From a virus (taxonomy: Duplodnaviria; Caudoviricetes): a stretch of 34,033 bases of DNA. The stretch covers positions 1-34,033 of the IMG/VR virus record IMGVR_UViG_3300039239_000009; one strand, 5' to 3'. The position numbers and the translations under genes are program-made. Numbering within the stretch: position 1 is the first letter of the stretch; each line of letters opens with the position of its first letter. The notes below the pieces were generated by a model. The model had not been told where the DNA came from. It made no database searches and saw nothing but the letters and a program-made list of their open reading frames with translations. Shown piece after piece: positions 16,913 through 25,736 of the stretch.

Positions 16913-17997
16913 TCGCCTCCTTTTTTCAGGTTGGAAAGGTAGGCCGAGCGCGCGCTGCGCGCCGAAGCCGGCTGTTCGGCGCCGTCGGCGCGCTGGCCGG
17001 CTGCCGCCGGCGGCTTCTGGGCGCCGCCCATCTGCTGCCGCTGCTGCGCCACAGCGTCCTGGCGTGCCTGGGCATCGGTCACGGCCAGGTCGAAAGCGGC
17101 CTCCACGTAACCGTCGGACTTGCCCGCCAGGTCGAAAGAATCGCCGCGGACGGCCTTGATGACGCCCTCGCGCAGTACGCGGTCTGCGGTATCGGCCTTG
17201 AAGTCCACCTTGTGCTGCGTGGCGGTGGCTTCCAGCTTCACACGGGCCAGCGCGGCGCCGTGGGCGTCCTGGCGGGCCTTGGCAATGCCGGCCTCCGCAG
17301 TATCGGCGCGCGCCTTCTCAGAGTCGGCGCGGGCTGCCTCGGTGTCTGCCTTGCTGCTGGCGGCCGTCACCGCTGCGCGCAGCCGCTCCAGCTCGTTCGC
17401 CACTTCCGGAGCCGCGTCATACGACAGGCCGGAATCGAGGCGGATTTTGACCATGGTCATGTCAGTTTCCTCTTCGGTTTTCGTTACGGCGTCTGCCGCG
17501 TCAAGATTGAGCCGCGCGTTGCCGGCGCGACCGCGTTTCACCACCGCCAGGTGGTTGTATCGGATGTTTCGCTGGACGGCGTCGTACCGCTCGCCTTCAG
17601 GCGAGACGCCAGGGGTCTCGTCCAACTCCAGCTCGTAGCCCAGCGACAGTTCCTTATTCCCGGCGTCGACCGGCGTCGTGTCGAAGATATGGATATCTCC
17701 GACCATGTTCTCGGTGCCATCCTGGCGGCCGCCGGACAGCGCCGTGCCGATCATGTGCTGGCGCACGTTCTTGGACGTCACCTTTCCAGGATGGCCGTCT
17801 GTGACCGGCTTGCCGCGCAAACTTGCCATCGAGTCGGCGTTGAAGACCTCGTCGGGTGGCCGATACTCGCGGCGTAGGCGGCCGGCACCGTCGCGGTACT
17901 CGAAAACGCCAGTCCGCGTCAGCACCGGCGTATCGGTTAGGTAGCCCTCGTCCGTTCGGGTCGCTTTCAGCGGCACCCGGTCAAATCGCATCACCAT
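16909..17997 (-). CDS. Prohead protease / scaffold (DUF2213-like)
   Basis: TRTGVFEY, RPPDEVF, ELSLGY, NHLAVVKRGRAG motifs followed by a coiled-coil region. Confidence 0.88.
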   Translation of the reverse strand: MVMRFDRVPLKATRTDEGYLTDTPVLTRTGVFEYRDGAGRLRREYRPPDEVFNADSMASLRGKPVTDGHPGKVTSKNVRQHMIGTALSGGRQDGTENMVGDIHIFDTTPVDAGNKELSLGYELELDETPGVSPEGERYDAVQRNIRYNHLAVVKRGRAGNARLNLDAADAVTKTEEETDMTMVKIRLDSGLSYDAAPEVANELERLRAAVTAASSKADTEAARADSEKARADTAEAGIAKARQDAHGAALARVKLEATATQHKVDFKADTADRVLREGVIKAVRGDSFDLAGKSDGYVEAAFDLAVTDAQARQDAVAQQRQQMGGAQKPPAAAGQRADGAEQPASARSARSAYLSNLKKGGE

Positions 17998-18007
17998 GGT
18001 TTTTCCT

Positions 18008-18847
18008 TTAATGGACAATCAGGGCGTCCAGGTCCGCGAACAGCGGCAGCTTCGGCTCCGCCCAGCACCGGCAACGGACGGGCTTGCCCGGATGGCCGTC
18101 GGGCGGCGGCTTGTCCCATTCGAACTCGTGCCCTTCCCGCTCGACGTGTTCGTCCCGCTCACGCTCGTCCAAGACGCCGCGCCACAGGTATTTCTTGACG
18201 CCGATATTGGTCTGGCGGTATTCGGTCAGGTCGCCGTTCAGTTTGCCAATCTGGTCGCGGGCGATCAGTTCGGCACGTTTGCGAGGCAGGTCGTACGTTT
18301 CCCGGATCTGCTTTGTCATGTCGCGCAGCGACGTGCCGTTGCGCACCGCGGCCACCACGCGCCCGTGCAGCGTGTCCAGGTACTGCTCGGGTATCGACTT
18401 GATCAAGCCGATGTTTTCGGCTTCCCAGGGCCGCAGGATCCTGGCCAGGCCTGGCTCCGACTTGAAAACGTCCACGCCATAGGCGCGGCGCAGCAGGCGG
18501 TGGAACTGATCCCGGTTGTATTTTTCGACACGCTGGGCCACCAGCCCGGCCAGGCCTTCCGCCTGGCCGTCGGCCACGGCCGCCGCGCCGAGCGCCTCCA
18601 TGAAAGCGCGCCGCAACGATTCAAACCACCCCTCGTCACCTTCCGGTGTGTTGCGCAGGTCGTCCTGGCGCAGCACCAGGTCCAACACCGGCATGACGTG
18701 CCGTTCCACCGCCAGGATGGCGGCTTCCACTTGCGTGCGCAGCGCGCGCAGATAATCACGCTCGTCGCCCTGCGGGTAACGCCACTGCTTAGGTGGCCGC
18801 GGCGTACGACGTGGCCGACTCGCCGCCGGCGTCGGGGGTGAGGCCAT
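18008..18847 (-). CDS. Head morphogenesis / minor capsid protein (Mu gpF / SPP1 gp7 family)
   Basis: RAELIARDQIGKLN, W..VLDERER.EH, HPG...RCRC motifs. Confidence 0.9.
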   Translation of the reverse strand: MASPPTPAASRPRRTPRPPKQWRYPQGDERDYLRALRTQVEAAILAVERHVMPVLDLVLRQDDLRNTPEGDEGWFESLRRAFMEALGAAAVADGQAEGLAGLVAQRVEKYNRDQFHRLLRRAYGVDVFKSEPGLARILRPWEAENIGLIKSIPEQYLDTLHGRVVAAVRNGTSLRDMTKQIRETYDLPRKRAELIARDQIGKLNGDLTEYRQTNIGVKKYLWRGVLDERERDEHVEREGHEFEWDKPPPDGHPGKPVRCRCWAEPKLPLFADLDALIVH

Positions 18848-20072
18848 AGAGTCCTTCCTGCTTCATGTACCGGTATGCCTCGTCGGGGCTGAGACCGTTG
18901 TCCACCGCCGCGCCCAGCGCATCCATTTCTCGGGCCTGGGCCTCTGCATTGGCCTTCCTGATCTCGGCCTCTTCCTTCGCCGTAGCGGGCTTGAGGGGTG
19001 GCCAGGTGATAGACCAGGCCTCGCCCTGCCCTTCGCCGCTTCCAGCCAGGCTGCGCTGCGCGCGAATCAGCGACACTAGGCGCTCCAGCGCCGGGTTCAC
19101 CTTCACTGCCCGGCCCATGGCCACGCCGTTGTAGAACCCCTCCAGGTCACCGTCGCCGGTCGCGTTCAGCCCCGCGGCCGACTTGCCGAAAAGCTGCGTC
19201 ACCGGGTAGCCAGCTTCGGCCGCGACGGAAATCTGGAACTCGGCCAACGCGTCCTTCACCCCGCTCAAGTCGGAACTGAGGATCTGGTAATCGTCTTCGG
19301 AGTCCACAGCTACGCCATTCAATGCGTTGCGAACGGCGTCGACCATTTCAACCCGTTTGCGAATGGCCGATTCCATGTCCGCCTCGATCGCCTCCGCCAG
19401 GCCCTTCATCTTGTGGACAGCCTGTTGCTTTTTCTCCAGCAGCCGCAATGCCCAGTGAAGGCCCTCGCCGTAGCGCCGGATGGCGCGGAATGGCCTGGTC
19501 ACCGCCGGCCGCCCAGCCCATGGAATGCCCTTGCGATTGAGCTTTGCCGGCAGAGGATCCCCAGGCACCTCGATCAGCCGGCTTTCATGCACGAAGAACT
19601 CGGCCGCGACAGCACCAGGGGTCTGCGTCCGCACGCGGTAGATCTCCGGCATCCCGAAATTGGCCTCGTTCGGATCCGAATATCGCTTCTCCGTGGCCGA
19701 GACGTCGTCCACCGTAAACACTTTCAACTCCTCCAGCCGATCCAGGGCCGCCAGATCCAGCGGCTCGCGCAACGCGCGCCCGTCCTTCGCAATGACGACG
19801 ATCGCACCGCCGCCCGTCAGGCGCGCCCAGCGCCACGCATCGGCGAGCGCCGGCAGCGCCTTCAGACGGTCCAGCTCGCCCCGCACGCGGTCGTCGCCCG
19901 TGATTTCCACGCCGCGCGAGACCGCCGTGTCCGGGATCATGTCCACCACGCGCGCCGGCAGGCCGCCCTCCGCGTACATCGCCAGGTCGTCCAGTGCACC
20001 CAGGCCGACCGTCGCCGCACCGAACATGGCCTGGCCCAGCACCGCGCTCAGATAGCCGTCTTGGTTCATCAT
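18789..20072 (-). CDS. Portal protein (DUF1073-like)
   Basis: [26 protein letters not shown] motifs; follows the terminase. Confidence 0.9.
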   Translation of the reverse strand: MMNQDGYLSAVLGQAMFGAATVGLGALDDLAMYAEGGLPARVVDMIPDTAVSRGVEITGDDRVRGELDRLKALPALADAWRWARLTGGGAIVVIAKDGRALREPLDLAALDRLEELKVFTVDDVSATEKRYSDPNEANFGMPEIYRVRTQTPGAVAAEFFVHESRLIEVPGDPLPAKLNRKGIPWAGRPAVTRPFRAIRRYGEGLHWALRLLEKKQQAVHKMKGLAEAIEADMESAIRKRVEMVDAVRNALNGVAVDSEDDYQILSSDLSGVKDALAEFQISVAAEAGYPVTQLFGKSAAGLNATGDGDLEGFYNGVAMGRAVKVNPALERLVSLIRAQRSLAGSGEGQGEAWSITWPPLKPATAKEEAEIRKANAEAQAREMDALGAAVDNGLSPDEAYRYMKQEGLYGLTPDAGGESATSYAAAT

Positions 20073-21652
20073 TTGCTTGCCAGCGCCCTGAAGCGCCCTA
20101 GGTTGCTGCCCGCCGTGGCGAGCATGTCGTTGATGGCGTCGACCATCGGGTCGACTTGGTCGTCGTGTGCGTGCGTATCGTCAGCCGTGATCGCCTCGCA
20201 CTCGGTCACAAAGTCGGCCACCCAAGGTGCCTCCTCCGGAATACAGACCAGGCCGGCCTCGATGTACGACTGCACGTCCATGAAGCGCGTGAACTTATCC
20301 TTGTCCCGCGGGATGCCCTTGACGGGGATTTTCCCGTCGGCGCCGATATCCTGGATCAGTCCCGTACCACTGGACTTGTCCTCGATGAGCAGCTGCCGCA
20401 GGGGCGCCGACAACTTCGGGTTGAACGGTTTGTTCTTGGTCCAGAAGTCCACGGCCCGGCGCTTGAGCTCGGGCGCCTGCCATTTCCCGCGCAGCAGGTC
20501 CAGCAGGTACAGCTTGCCGTCGTCGCCCAGGCCCCAGCATTCGAATACGCTGTAGTCGTTGCGCTCGGCCGTCTTCTGGGCGGTATCCGCGAACACCTTG
20601 CGCGAAAGGATCCTCGGCGGCACCAAATAACGGCCGAACCACGCACCCTTGATCAGGTCGCCGCCCAGCGGCGCCGGACGCTGCTGATATTGCGCCGAGA
20701 AGACGTAGCGGCTGACCCGGGCGCCGTCCTGGTCGGCGCCCGCGCCGGCCTCCATGGCGAGCAGTTCGGCCAGCGGCTCCTTGTAGGGCCAGTAGCTGAA
20801 ACGCCCCTTTTCGTCCCGAACACTGCTGTCGATCTTCGCCTGGACGGACGCCGGCAGGCCCGCGACGTAGGCATCATCGATCAGCGCAGGGATGACGACC
20901 TGTTCCCAGTCCGACCCAAGGTTGCCGGCCTCAATGAAGCCGGTGACATCCTCTTGCGCCAGGCGCTGCATGATCACGATGATCGGCGTGTCGGGGTTTG
21001 CCCGACGGCTTTTCACCGTGGCGATCAGGTCGCGGTTTGCCTTGGCACGGCGCGGCTTGCTATACGCGTCGCCAACCTTGAGCGGGTCATCGATGACGAT
21101 GGCGCCCTGCCACCCGTCCGCCATATGGCCGGCCCGGAAGCCGGTGATCTGACCTCCGAGCGAAACCGCGTACACGCCGCCGGCCTTTCGGCCGTCGACC
21201 TCGATGTTCCAGCGCTTCTTGCTTTTGGCGTCTGCCGCTACTTTCAGCGGCCATAGCTCCTGGAACTCGTCCGACTGGACCAGTTCCTTGGCCGTCTGCG
21301 AGTTCAGCAGCGCCAGATCGTCGGAATAGCTGATGTGCAGGAACCGGGCGCGCGGGTTCAGCGCCAGGCCGCGGGCCATCAGGTTGATGGCGACAAGCTC
21401 GGTCTTGGACGAGCCCGGCGGCACGTTGATGACCAGGTTCTTGATGCGGCCGTCGATGACGGCCTGGACCTTCTCCGCGATCAGCTCATGGTGCCAGTTG
21501 ACCCGGAACTTGATGGCCTGGCGATGTTTGAAAAAGTACCGGCTGAAGAACAGGTGATCCTGCTCGCACATGGCCTTGGCCGTGGCGCGCAGGACGGCGG
21601 GGTCAATAGTCGCCGTTGAGCTGGGCGACGGCGGCGGCGACTTCTTTTCCAT
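20069..21652 (-). CDS. terL: Terminase large subunit
   Basis: NVPPGSSKT Walker A, IVIDDP Walker B, QYQQRP, HDDQVD nuclease motif. Confidence 0.96.
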   Translation of the reverse strand: MEKKSPPPSPSSTATIDPAVLRATAKAMCEQDHLFFSRYFFKHRQAIKFRVNWHHELIAEKVQAVIDGRIKNLVINVPPGSSKTELVAINLMARGLALNPRARFLHISYSDDLALLNSQTAKELVQSDEFQELWPLKVAADAKSKKRWNIEVDGRKAGGVYAVSLGGQITGFRAGHMADGWQGAIVIDDPLKVGDAYSKPRRAKANRDLIATVKSRRANPDTPIIVIMQRLAQEDVTGFIEAGNLGSDWEQVVIPALIDDAYVAGLPASVQAKIDSSVRDEKGRFSYWPYKEPLAELLAMEAGAGADQDGARVSRYVFSAQYQQRPAPLGGDLIKGAWFGRYLVPPRILSRKVFADTAQKTAERNDYSVFECWGLGDDGKLYLLDLLRGKWQAPELKRRAVDFWTKNKPFNPKLSAPLRQLLIEDKSSGTGLIQDIGADGKIPVKGIPRDKDKFTRFMDVQSYIEAGLVCIPEEAPWVADFVTECEAITADDTHAHDDQVDPMVDAINDMLATAGSNLGRFRALASK

Positions 21653-22076
21653 CGACCACCACCGTTTTCTGTTCTATCGGGCCGCCGCCGGCGCCCGTAT
21701 GCTCCCGTCTGTTCGTGAAGGCGCCGCCGGCTTCCTTGGCAGCCTGCTCAAGGACTGCCGCGGCGCCGACGACGTTTCCCCGGCTGAGATGCCGTTCGTA
21801 GATCTTGCCCAATGCGCGCAGCCGGAAGGCCTGGTCGGCAATCGGGATCTCGGCCACTTCCTCCCGGAAGCGCTTGCGCGTGGCCTCGAACAGGTCCACC
21901 CACTTCTTTGCCAACTTCTGGCCGGCCGCCTTGGTCGGGTCGTACTGCGCCACCTGGGAGCGGTGCGCGTCCAGACCGAACTCGACCTTTACCGCATCGG
22001 CCACCTCCTGGGGGCTATCCCAGCAAGCCAGCGCTTGGACGATGAAGCGCTTGTGCGCGTCGGTCAGCTTTGCCAT
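21603..22076 (-). CDS. terS: Terminase small subunit (DUF2280-like)
   Basis: [19 protein letters not shown] and EQAAKE.GG motifs; directly upstream of terL. Confidence 0.82.
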   Translation of the reverse strand: MAKLTDAHKRFIVQALACWDSPQEVADAVKVEFGLDAHRSQVAQYDPTKAAGQKLAKKWVDLFEATRKRFREEVAEIPIADQAFRLRALGKIYERHLSRGNVVGAAAVLEQAAKEAGGAFTNRREHTGAGGGPIEQKTVVVDGKEVAAAVAQLNGDY

Positions 22077-22104
22077 GAAGAATCTCTCGGGGATGTGGCG
22101 ATAT

Positions 22105-22134
22105 TCGACAAAGTGCCAGGGGCTGCCCTATGCT
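22105..22134 (+). promoter_or_regulatory. Possible sigma70 promoter for the counter-oriented small gene
   Basis: TCGACA-18 nt-TATGCT. Confidence 0.45.
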
Positions 22135-22168
22135 GGTCTGAAACGTTCCAGAACAACAAGGGGAATCC

Positions 22169-22375
22169 ATGAACGACCAAAGCAGAAACCGCAGGGCGTA
22201 CCGCGCGATCAGGCGCTTGGAGCGCGCACTCAACAGGCACGCACTTCACCCCGGACGCGGCACCAGTCAGAGCGTGCAGGCCCTCAAAGCCAACTTCGAA
22301 AAGATCAAAGCGCGCGCACGCGAAGATGGTCTCGACGAGTTCGAGTGCGCCTGGCACCTCGCCCTCAACGCTTAG
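22169..22375 (+). CDS. Small basic hypothetical protein (68 aa), counter-oriented moron-like gene
   Basis: Fills the gap between two minus-strand genes; AAGGGA RBS-like sequence; upstream promoter-like sequence. Confidence 0.6.
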   Translation: MNDQSRNRRAYRAIRRLERALNRHALHPGRGTSQSVQALKANFEKIKARAREDGLDEFECAWHLALNA

Positions 22376-23019
22376 GCCGCCTTTAGGCAGCACCCACACG
22401 CTCGGGCAATGTCCAGCCGCGGCACAGCCGGTGCGGCGCTAGCAGCCGCCACCAGGCGCTGCACATCGGCCGATGGCCCGTACCGAGCCACCACGCCCAC
22501 GAACTCCTCGACGTCATGCCCGACAATCCGCAGCTTCGGGCGGCCGAGCGTATCGAACGCCGGCGCGCCGTAAGCGTCGGTCGCCTGCCCTATGTGATAC
22601 AGCTCGTGCTCGACCAGAGCGCAGAAGTCCGCGTCGCTGCAGGTGTCGCAGTAGTCCGCCGAAAGAGTGATCAAGAAGGCCGGCACTCGGCCGAACCACT
22701 CGATCATCTGCTGTTCTTGGCGTGCCTTCTGCCAGCCACCCGCGCGGAACATGACCTGTTCGGCCTGACCCAGCACCGTACGGCCCGCCTTCTGGAAGCC
22801 CGTCGACGCCCACGCGAACGCCAGATCCGCCTCGGCCAGGTGCACGTGGTCCGTGTTGTGGATTGATCCGCTACCCGCCACGATCGAGCCCAGCGCCCAG
22901 GCGAGAAGCTCGGGCGCCGGCCGCAGTTGCAGGACGCCCGACTGGCCTGTACGTTCCAGCCATTCGGCCGGGGGCCGCGGCCGTCCCTCGCCCTCCGCTC
23001 GTCCTCGCAACCTAGCCAT
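22372..23019 (-). CDS. Putative phage metallopeptidase
   Basis: LVEHELYHIG (HExxH) plus HDVEEF motif; start MARLRG at 23019. Confidence 0.85.
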   Translation of the reverse strand: MARLRGRAEGEGRPRPPAEWLERTGQSGVLQLRPAPELLAWALGSIVAGSGSIHNTDHVHLAEADLAFAWASTGFQKAGRTVLGQAEQVMFRAGGWQKARQEQQMIEWFGRVPAFLITLSADYCDTCSDADFCALVEHELYHIGQATDAYGAPAFDTLGRPKLRIVGHDVEEFVGVVARYGPSADVQRLVAAASAAPAVPRLDIARACGCCLKAA

Positions 23020-23021
23020 GT

Positions 23022-23642
23022 TCACACCTTGAAGTTTGCCAACTTGGCAGCGCTGAAGGCTGGTTCCCAGGTGGCCAATCCCTCGTCCTGGGCTTGGCCG
23101 ACGATCGGCCCGCCTTGCGCCAGCTGCGCCAGCACCAGCGAGAACAAGCGCAGCCCCATTGGAGCCAGGTCCCGGCGCCATAGGTCTGCCGCGGAATCGT
23201 CCGGGCGGATATGGCACCAGGCCTGCGCCAGGATTGGCCCGGTGTCGGCGCCGTCGTCCATCCGATACACCGTGCCACCGGTGACCGGCTCGCGCATGTG
23301 CACTGCCCATCGGACAGCGTCGCGCCCGCGGTGCCGCGGCAGGAGCGACGGGTGGTAGCCCAGCGCCCCGTGCCGCGCCCGGGCCCGCGCGCCGGCGTCG
23401 ATGAAGCAATGGGCATGCGCCGCCAGCAGCACGTCGCAGCCCTCCGGGACATCCACCGCGCTCAGCCGGCCGCGCGTAGCGCACGCGGGCACGCCGTGCT
23501 GCTGGGCAGCAGCGTACAGCCGGTCGTAATCATTGCCTTCCGCCGGCGGCGTGGCCACGGCCACCACCTGGTGGCCTTCGGCAAGGCACTGGCGCAGCAG
23601 CGCCGCGCCCAGCCACTTCTGGCCGATGATCATGATGCGCAT
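23022..23642 (-). CDS. Formyltransferase-family protein (Fmt/PurN catalytic domain only, 206 aa)
   Basis: GYHPSLLPRHRG, TGGTVYRMDDGADTGPI motifs; GGAG RBS before MRIMIIG. Confidence 0.9.
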   Translation of the reverse strand: MRIMIIGQKWLGAALLRQCLAEGHQVVAVATPPAEGNDYDRLYAAAQQHGVPACATRGRLSAVDVPEGCDVLLAAHAHCFIDAGARARARHGALGYHPSLLPRHRGRDAVRWAVHMREPVTGGTVYRMDDGADTGPILAQAWCHIRPDDSAADLWRRDLAPMGLRLFSLVLAQLAQGGPIVGQAQDEGLATWEPAFSAAKLANFKV

Positions 23643-24730
23643 GTCGGCTCCCCCATGTATCGGAAGCCCTGCACGGCGCGGAAATGCCCGCCGTAACTGG
23701 TCAGCACTGCCCCGGCGGTAGGCTTTCGCAGTTTCCCGCTTGGCGTGCCGCAGAGGGGCGCCGAGACCTGCGTCCACCGCTTGTCGCGGCGCAGCGCGGC
23801 GGCCAGGCCCGGATGGCTGGTATGGAACAGGGTCCGAAGTGGCAGGCCATATCGGTTGTTGCCGGCCAGCCAAGCAGCGCACACGGCATTCAGAAAGCGC
23901 ATGCCCACGCCGGCACCCTGCCATTCTGGCATCACAACCAACCGGCAGGCACGCGCCTCGACCAGGCCCGGCCTGGTGCTGACCGCCATATGCGCCACCG
24001 GTTCACCGTCGATCCAGCCCACATAGTTCGTGGCGGCGATCATCTTGGGCATCTTCAGATAGTGATGCGGCTCAAAATGCGGCCACCAGCGCCAGTCGGT
24101 TTGCTCGATGTCCAGATCCAGCCGCGGCCGGCGTCGAACCGACCCCCGATCAAATTGACCCGTGGCGGTGTCGAACACCCAATCCGGCTGTAGCCAGTCC
24201 AGCACGTCGTAGTGGCAGGACAGCAGCACCACCTGGCCACCAGTCCGGCGCCACGCCTTGGCGAACGCCCCGGCGCCGACCTTGGCAATCTGCCGATCCA
24301 CGACGGAACTGAATTCGTCCACCACCGCGATCGGCGGCGCCTCGACCACCAGGCGCGCCAGGTTCGCGCGGAACTGCTCGCCGTTGGACAGCACGCCATA
24401 CGGCCGCAACCAGGACGGCACGCTGCCCAGGCCCACGGCCGACAATGCGGCGGTCACGTCATCGAATGCGCCGGCCGGCGCGATCGCGTCGATGATGGGG
24501 CGATCCGATGGCCAGGCCGGCGCGTACAGCGGCGCGATTGCACGCCCGATGCTGGTCTTGCCAGATCCGGACGGCCCCACAATCACCCCTACTCGCCATT
24601 CGCCGTCGTCGATGGGCAGATCCGCGTCCAGGTCGAACGCAGCTCCGCTATCCACGTTGAACAGCGATTTCACCCTGGCCGCGCGATAGCTTTCGGCGTC
24701 GGCACAGCGGTGCTGAATGGATACTTTCAT
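23630..24730 (-). CDS. ABC-type ATPase fused to a GNAT acetyltransferase-like domain
   Basis: GPSGSGKT Walker A, LSNGEQ signature, VVDEF Walker B, SCH H-loop; C-terminal RLVVMPEWQGAGVG acyl-CoA-binding motif; no transmembrane partner. Confidence 0.9.
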   Translation of the reverse strand: MKVSIQHRCADAESYRAARVKSLFNVDSGAAFDLDADLPIDDGEWRVGVIVGPSGSGKTSIGRAIAPLYAPAWPSDRPIIDAIAPAGAFDDVTAALSAVGLGSVPSWLRPYGVLSNGEQFRANLARLVVEAPPIAVVDEFSSVVDRQIAKVGAGAFAKAWRRTGGQVVLLSCHYDVLDWLQPDWVFDTATGQFDRGSVRRRPRLDLDIEQTDWRWWPHFEPHHYLKMPKMIAATNYVGWIDGEPVAHMAVSTRPGLVEARACRLVVMPEWQGAGVGMRFLNAVCAAWLAGNNRYGLPLRTLFHTSHPGLAAALRRDKRWTQVSAPLCGTPSGKLRKPTAGAVLTSYGGHFRAVQGFRYMGEPTCAS

Positions 24731-24903
24731 ACGGCTACCACCTTCAGGCGGTAGCCCTTCGCGCGCAGATCATCGAAAACGCGCTGCTGGTGACCTTCGT
24801 CATCGCACAGCACGATCACGCCGTAGCGCGGCTTGTACTTGAAACCGTTGACGCCGGGCTGCTTACGCGCCGGCGCGGCGGTGTTATGGCCGTTGGCCTC
24901 CAT
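24727..24903 (-). CDS. Small hypothetical protein (58 aa) coupled to the ATPase-GNAT gene
   Basis: GAGGA RBS; ATGA overlap with the next gene; YGVIVLCDDEGHQQRVF..L...GY.LKVV compact domain. Confidence 0.72.
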   Translation of the reverse strand: MEANGHNTAAPARKQPGVNGFKYKPRYGVIVLCDDEGHQQRVFDDLRAKGYRLKVVAV

Positions 24904-25087
24904 GCCTGCTTTCCTCAAGGCTGGATGCTCGGGGGCATGCTGGATTGTGGCTCTCGGCGCTCGGGGCGCTCTCGGCCATCGAAAACGCGTTCACGGTCTT
25001 GCACCGGGAACATTTGATACTGAGCCGGACATAGCCGGCGGTTTCGGCGAGCTTGCGCCCGCAGCTGGTGCAGCGTAGTTCTTCCAT
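24884..25087 (-). CDS. com: Mu Com-family zinc-finger translational regulator
   Basis: RCTSCGRKLA...LSIKCSRCKTVN, two CxxC knuckles in the Com pattern. Confidence 0.88.
   Translation of the reverse strand: MEELRCTSCGRKLAETAGYVRLSIKCSRCKTVNAFSMAESAPSAESHNPACPRASSLEESRHGGQRP
24900..24975 (-). promoter_or_regulatory. Candidate Com-responsive translational control region
   Basis: GAGCGCC x2, GAGAGCC and GAGCATCC repeats; CATGCC can pair with GGCATG containing the next start codon. Confidence 0.5.
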
Positions 25088-25116
25088 GAGTGACTTTGCG
25101 GGTGTGTTACCTTAGC

Positions 25117-25220
25117 CCCCGCCTGTACAGGTGGGACGGCCTCGGGTCGCTCACGGCTTACCCCGTGGGTCGGCTGTCGGTCGCGCAGTTACCGCTGCGC
25201 GGCCGTCGCCGTCTTCTTTG
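25117..25220 (+). ncRNA. Candidate small multi-hairpin RNA divergent from com
   Basis: CCCGCCTGTACAGGTGGG hairpin; GACGGC/GCCGTC closing stem enclosing CTCACGG/CCGTGGG and CGGTCGCGCAG/CTGCGCGGCCG arms; G-U pairs favour the plus strand; T-rich tail. Confidence 0.5.
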
Positions 25221-25224
25221 CGTC

Positions 25225-25690
25225 CGGGCGGATGCCCAGACAAGAATGGGTTGATGGTCGTATGGGAGGCCGCTCAGTAGACGAGCACCCCAATTAGGCG
25301 CACCGGTTTGGTCTACAGCGCCCGGCTCATGACACCGCCCGCTGTAGCTTCCACCGGCCGAGCATTCCGGGGCTCATCCCGGCGCTTCTTCCCTGCTACC
25401 CGATCCGTGGCCTTTGCACCGGGCGCCCGCGCTGGCCTACCGCGCGGCATTTCAGACCATCATCAGAGCGTGCCGGGCTTGATTCCGGCTCCACCGATTG
25501 ACCAGCGCACTCAGATCCTCCGGCCGTTGCGCCGAGGATAATCAATCCCAAGCACGCACCGGATTCGCCGCTGGCCCTATCCCAGTTCCCCGCCGCTTCG
25601 TCGCGCGCCTTCGCTTTGGGGGGTGGCCTAACCTTCGAACAACAGGCACGTCCATCCGTGCTGCCGCTCTGATGATGATCCAGACTGTGT
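25225..25690 (-). ncRNA. Candidate large structured non-coding RNA at the 5' end of the late transcript
   Basis: 13-bp perfect (17 bp with G-U) long-range stem 25454-25470/25665-25681 and at least 8 further hairpins; G-U pairs favour the minus strand; no credible ORF. Confidence 0.58.
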
Positions 25691-25699
25691 GCGAGCCGA

Positions 25700-25734
25700 A
25701 AAGCAAAACGCCCCGGTTTTTGGCCGGGGCGTTT
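25700..25734 (-). terminator. tR'-like intrinsic terminator after the late promoter
   Basis: AAACGCCCCGG-CCAAAAA-CCGGGGCGTTTTGCTTTT. Confidence 0.8.
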
Positions 25735-25736
25735 CA

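Noticed and set aside
18789-20072. Anti-CBASS Acb1 function (a label sometimes attached to DUF1073 proteins)
   Set aside because: Size, motifs and position after terL indicate a plain portal; no added phosphoesterase domain is seen
23630-24730. ABC transporter
   Set aside because: No permease or binding-protein gene nearby; the ATPase is fused to a GNAT domain
25117-25690. tRNA, CRISPR array, group II intron or known small ribozyme
   Set aside because: No tRNA arm pattern with CCA, no regularly spaced direct repeats, no domain V, and no hammerhead/twister/pistol core recognised by eye; a formal Rfam scan is still needed
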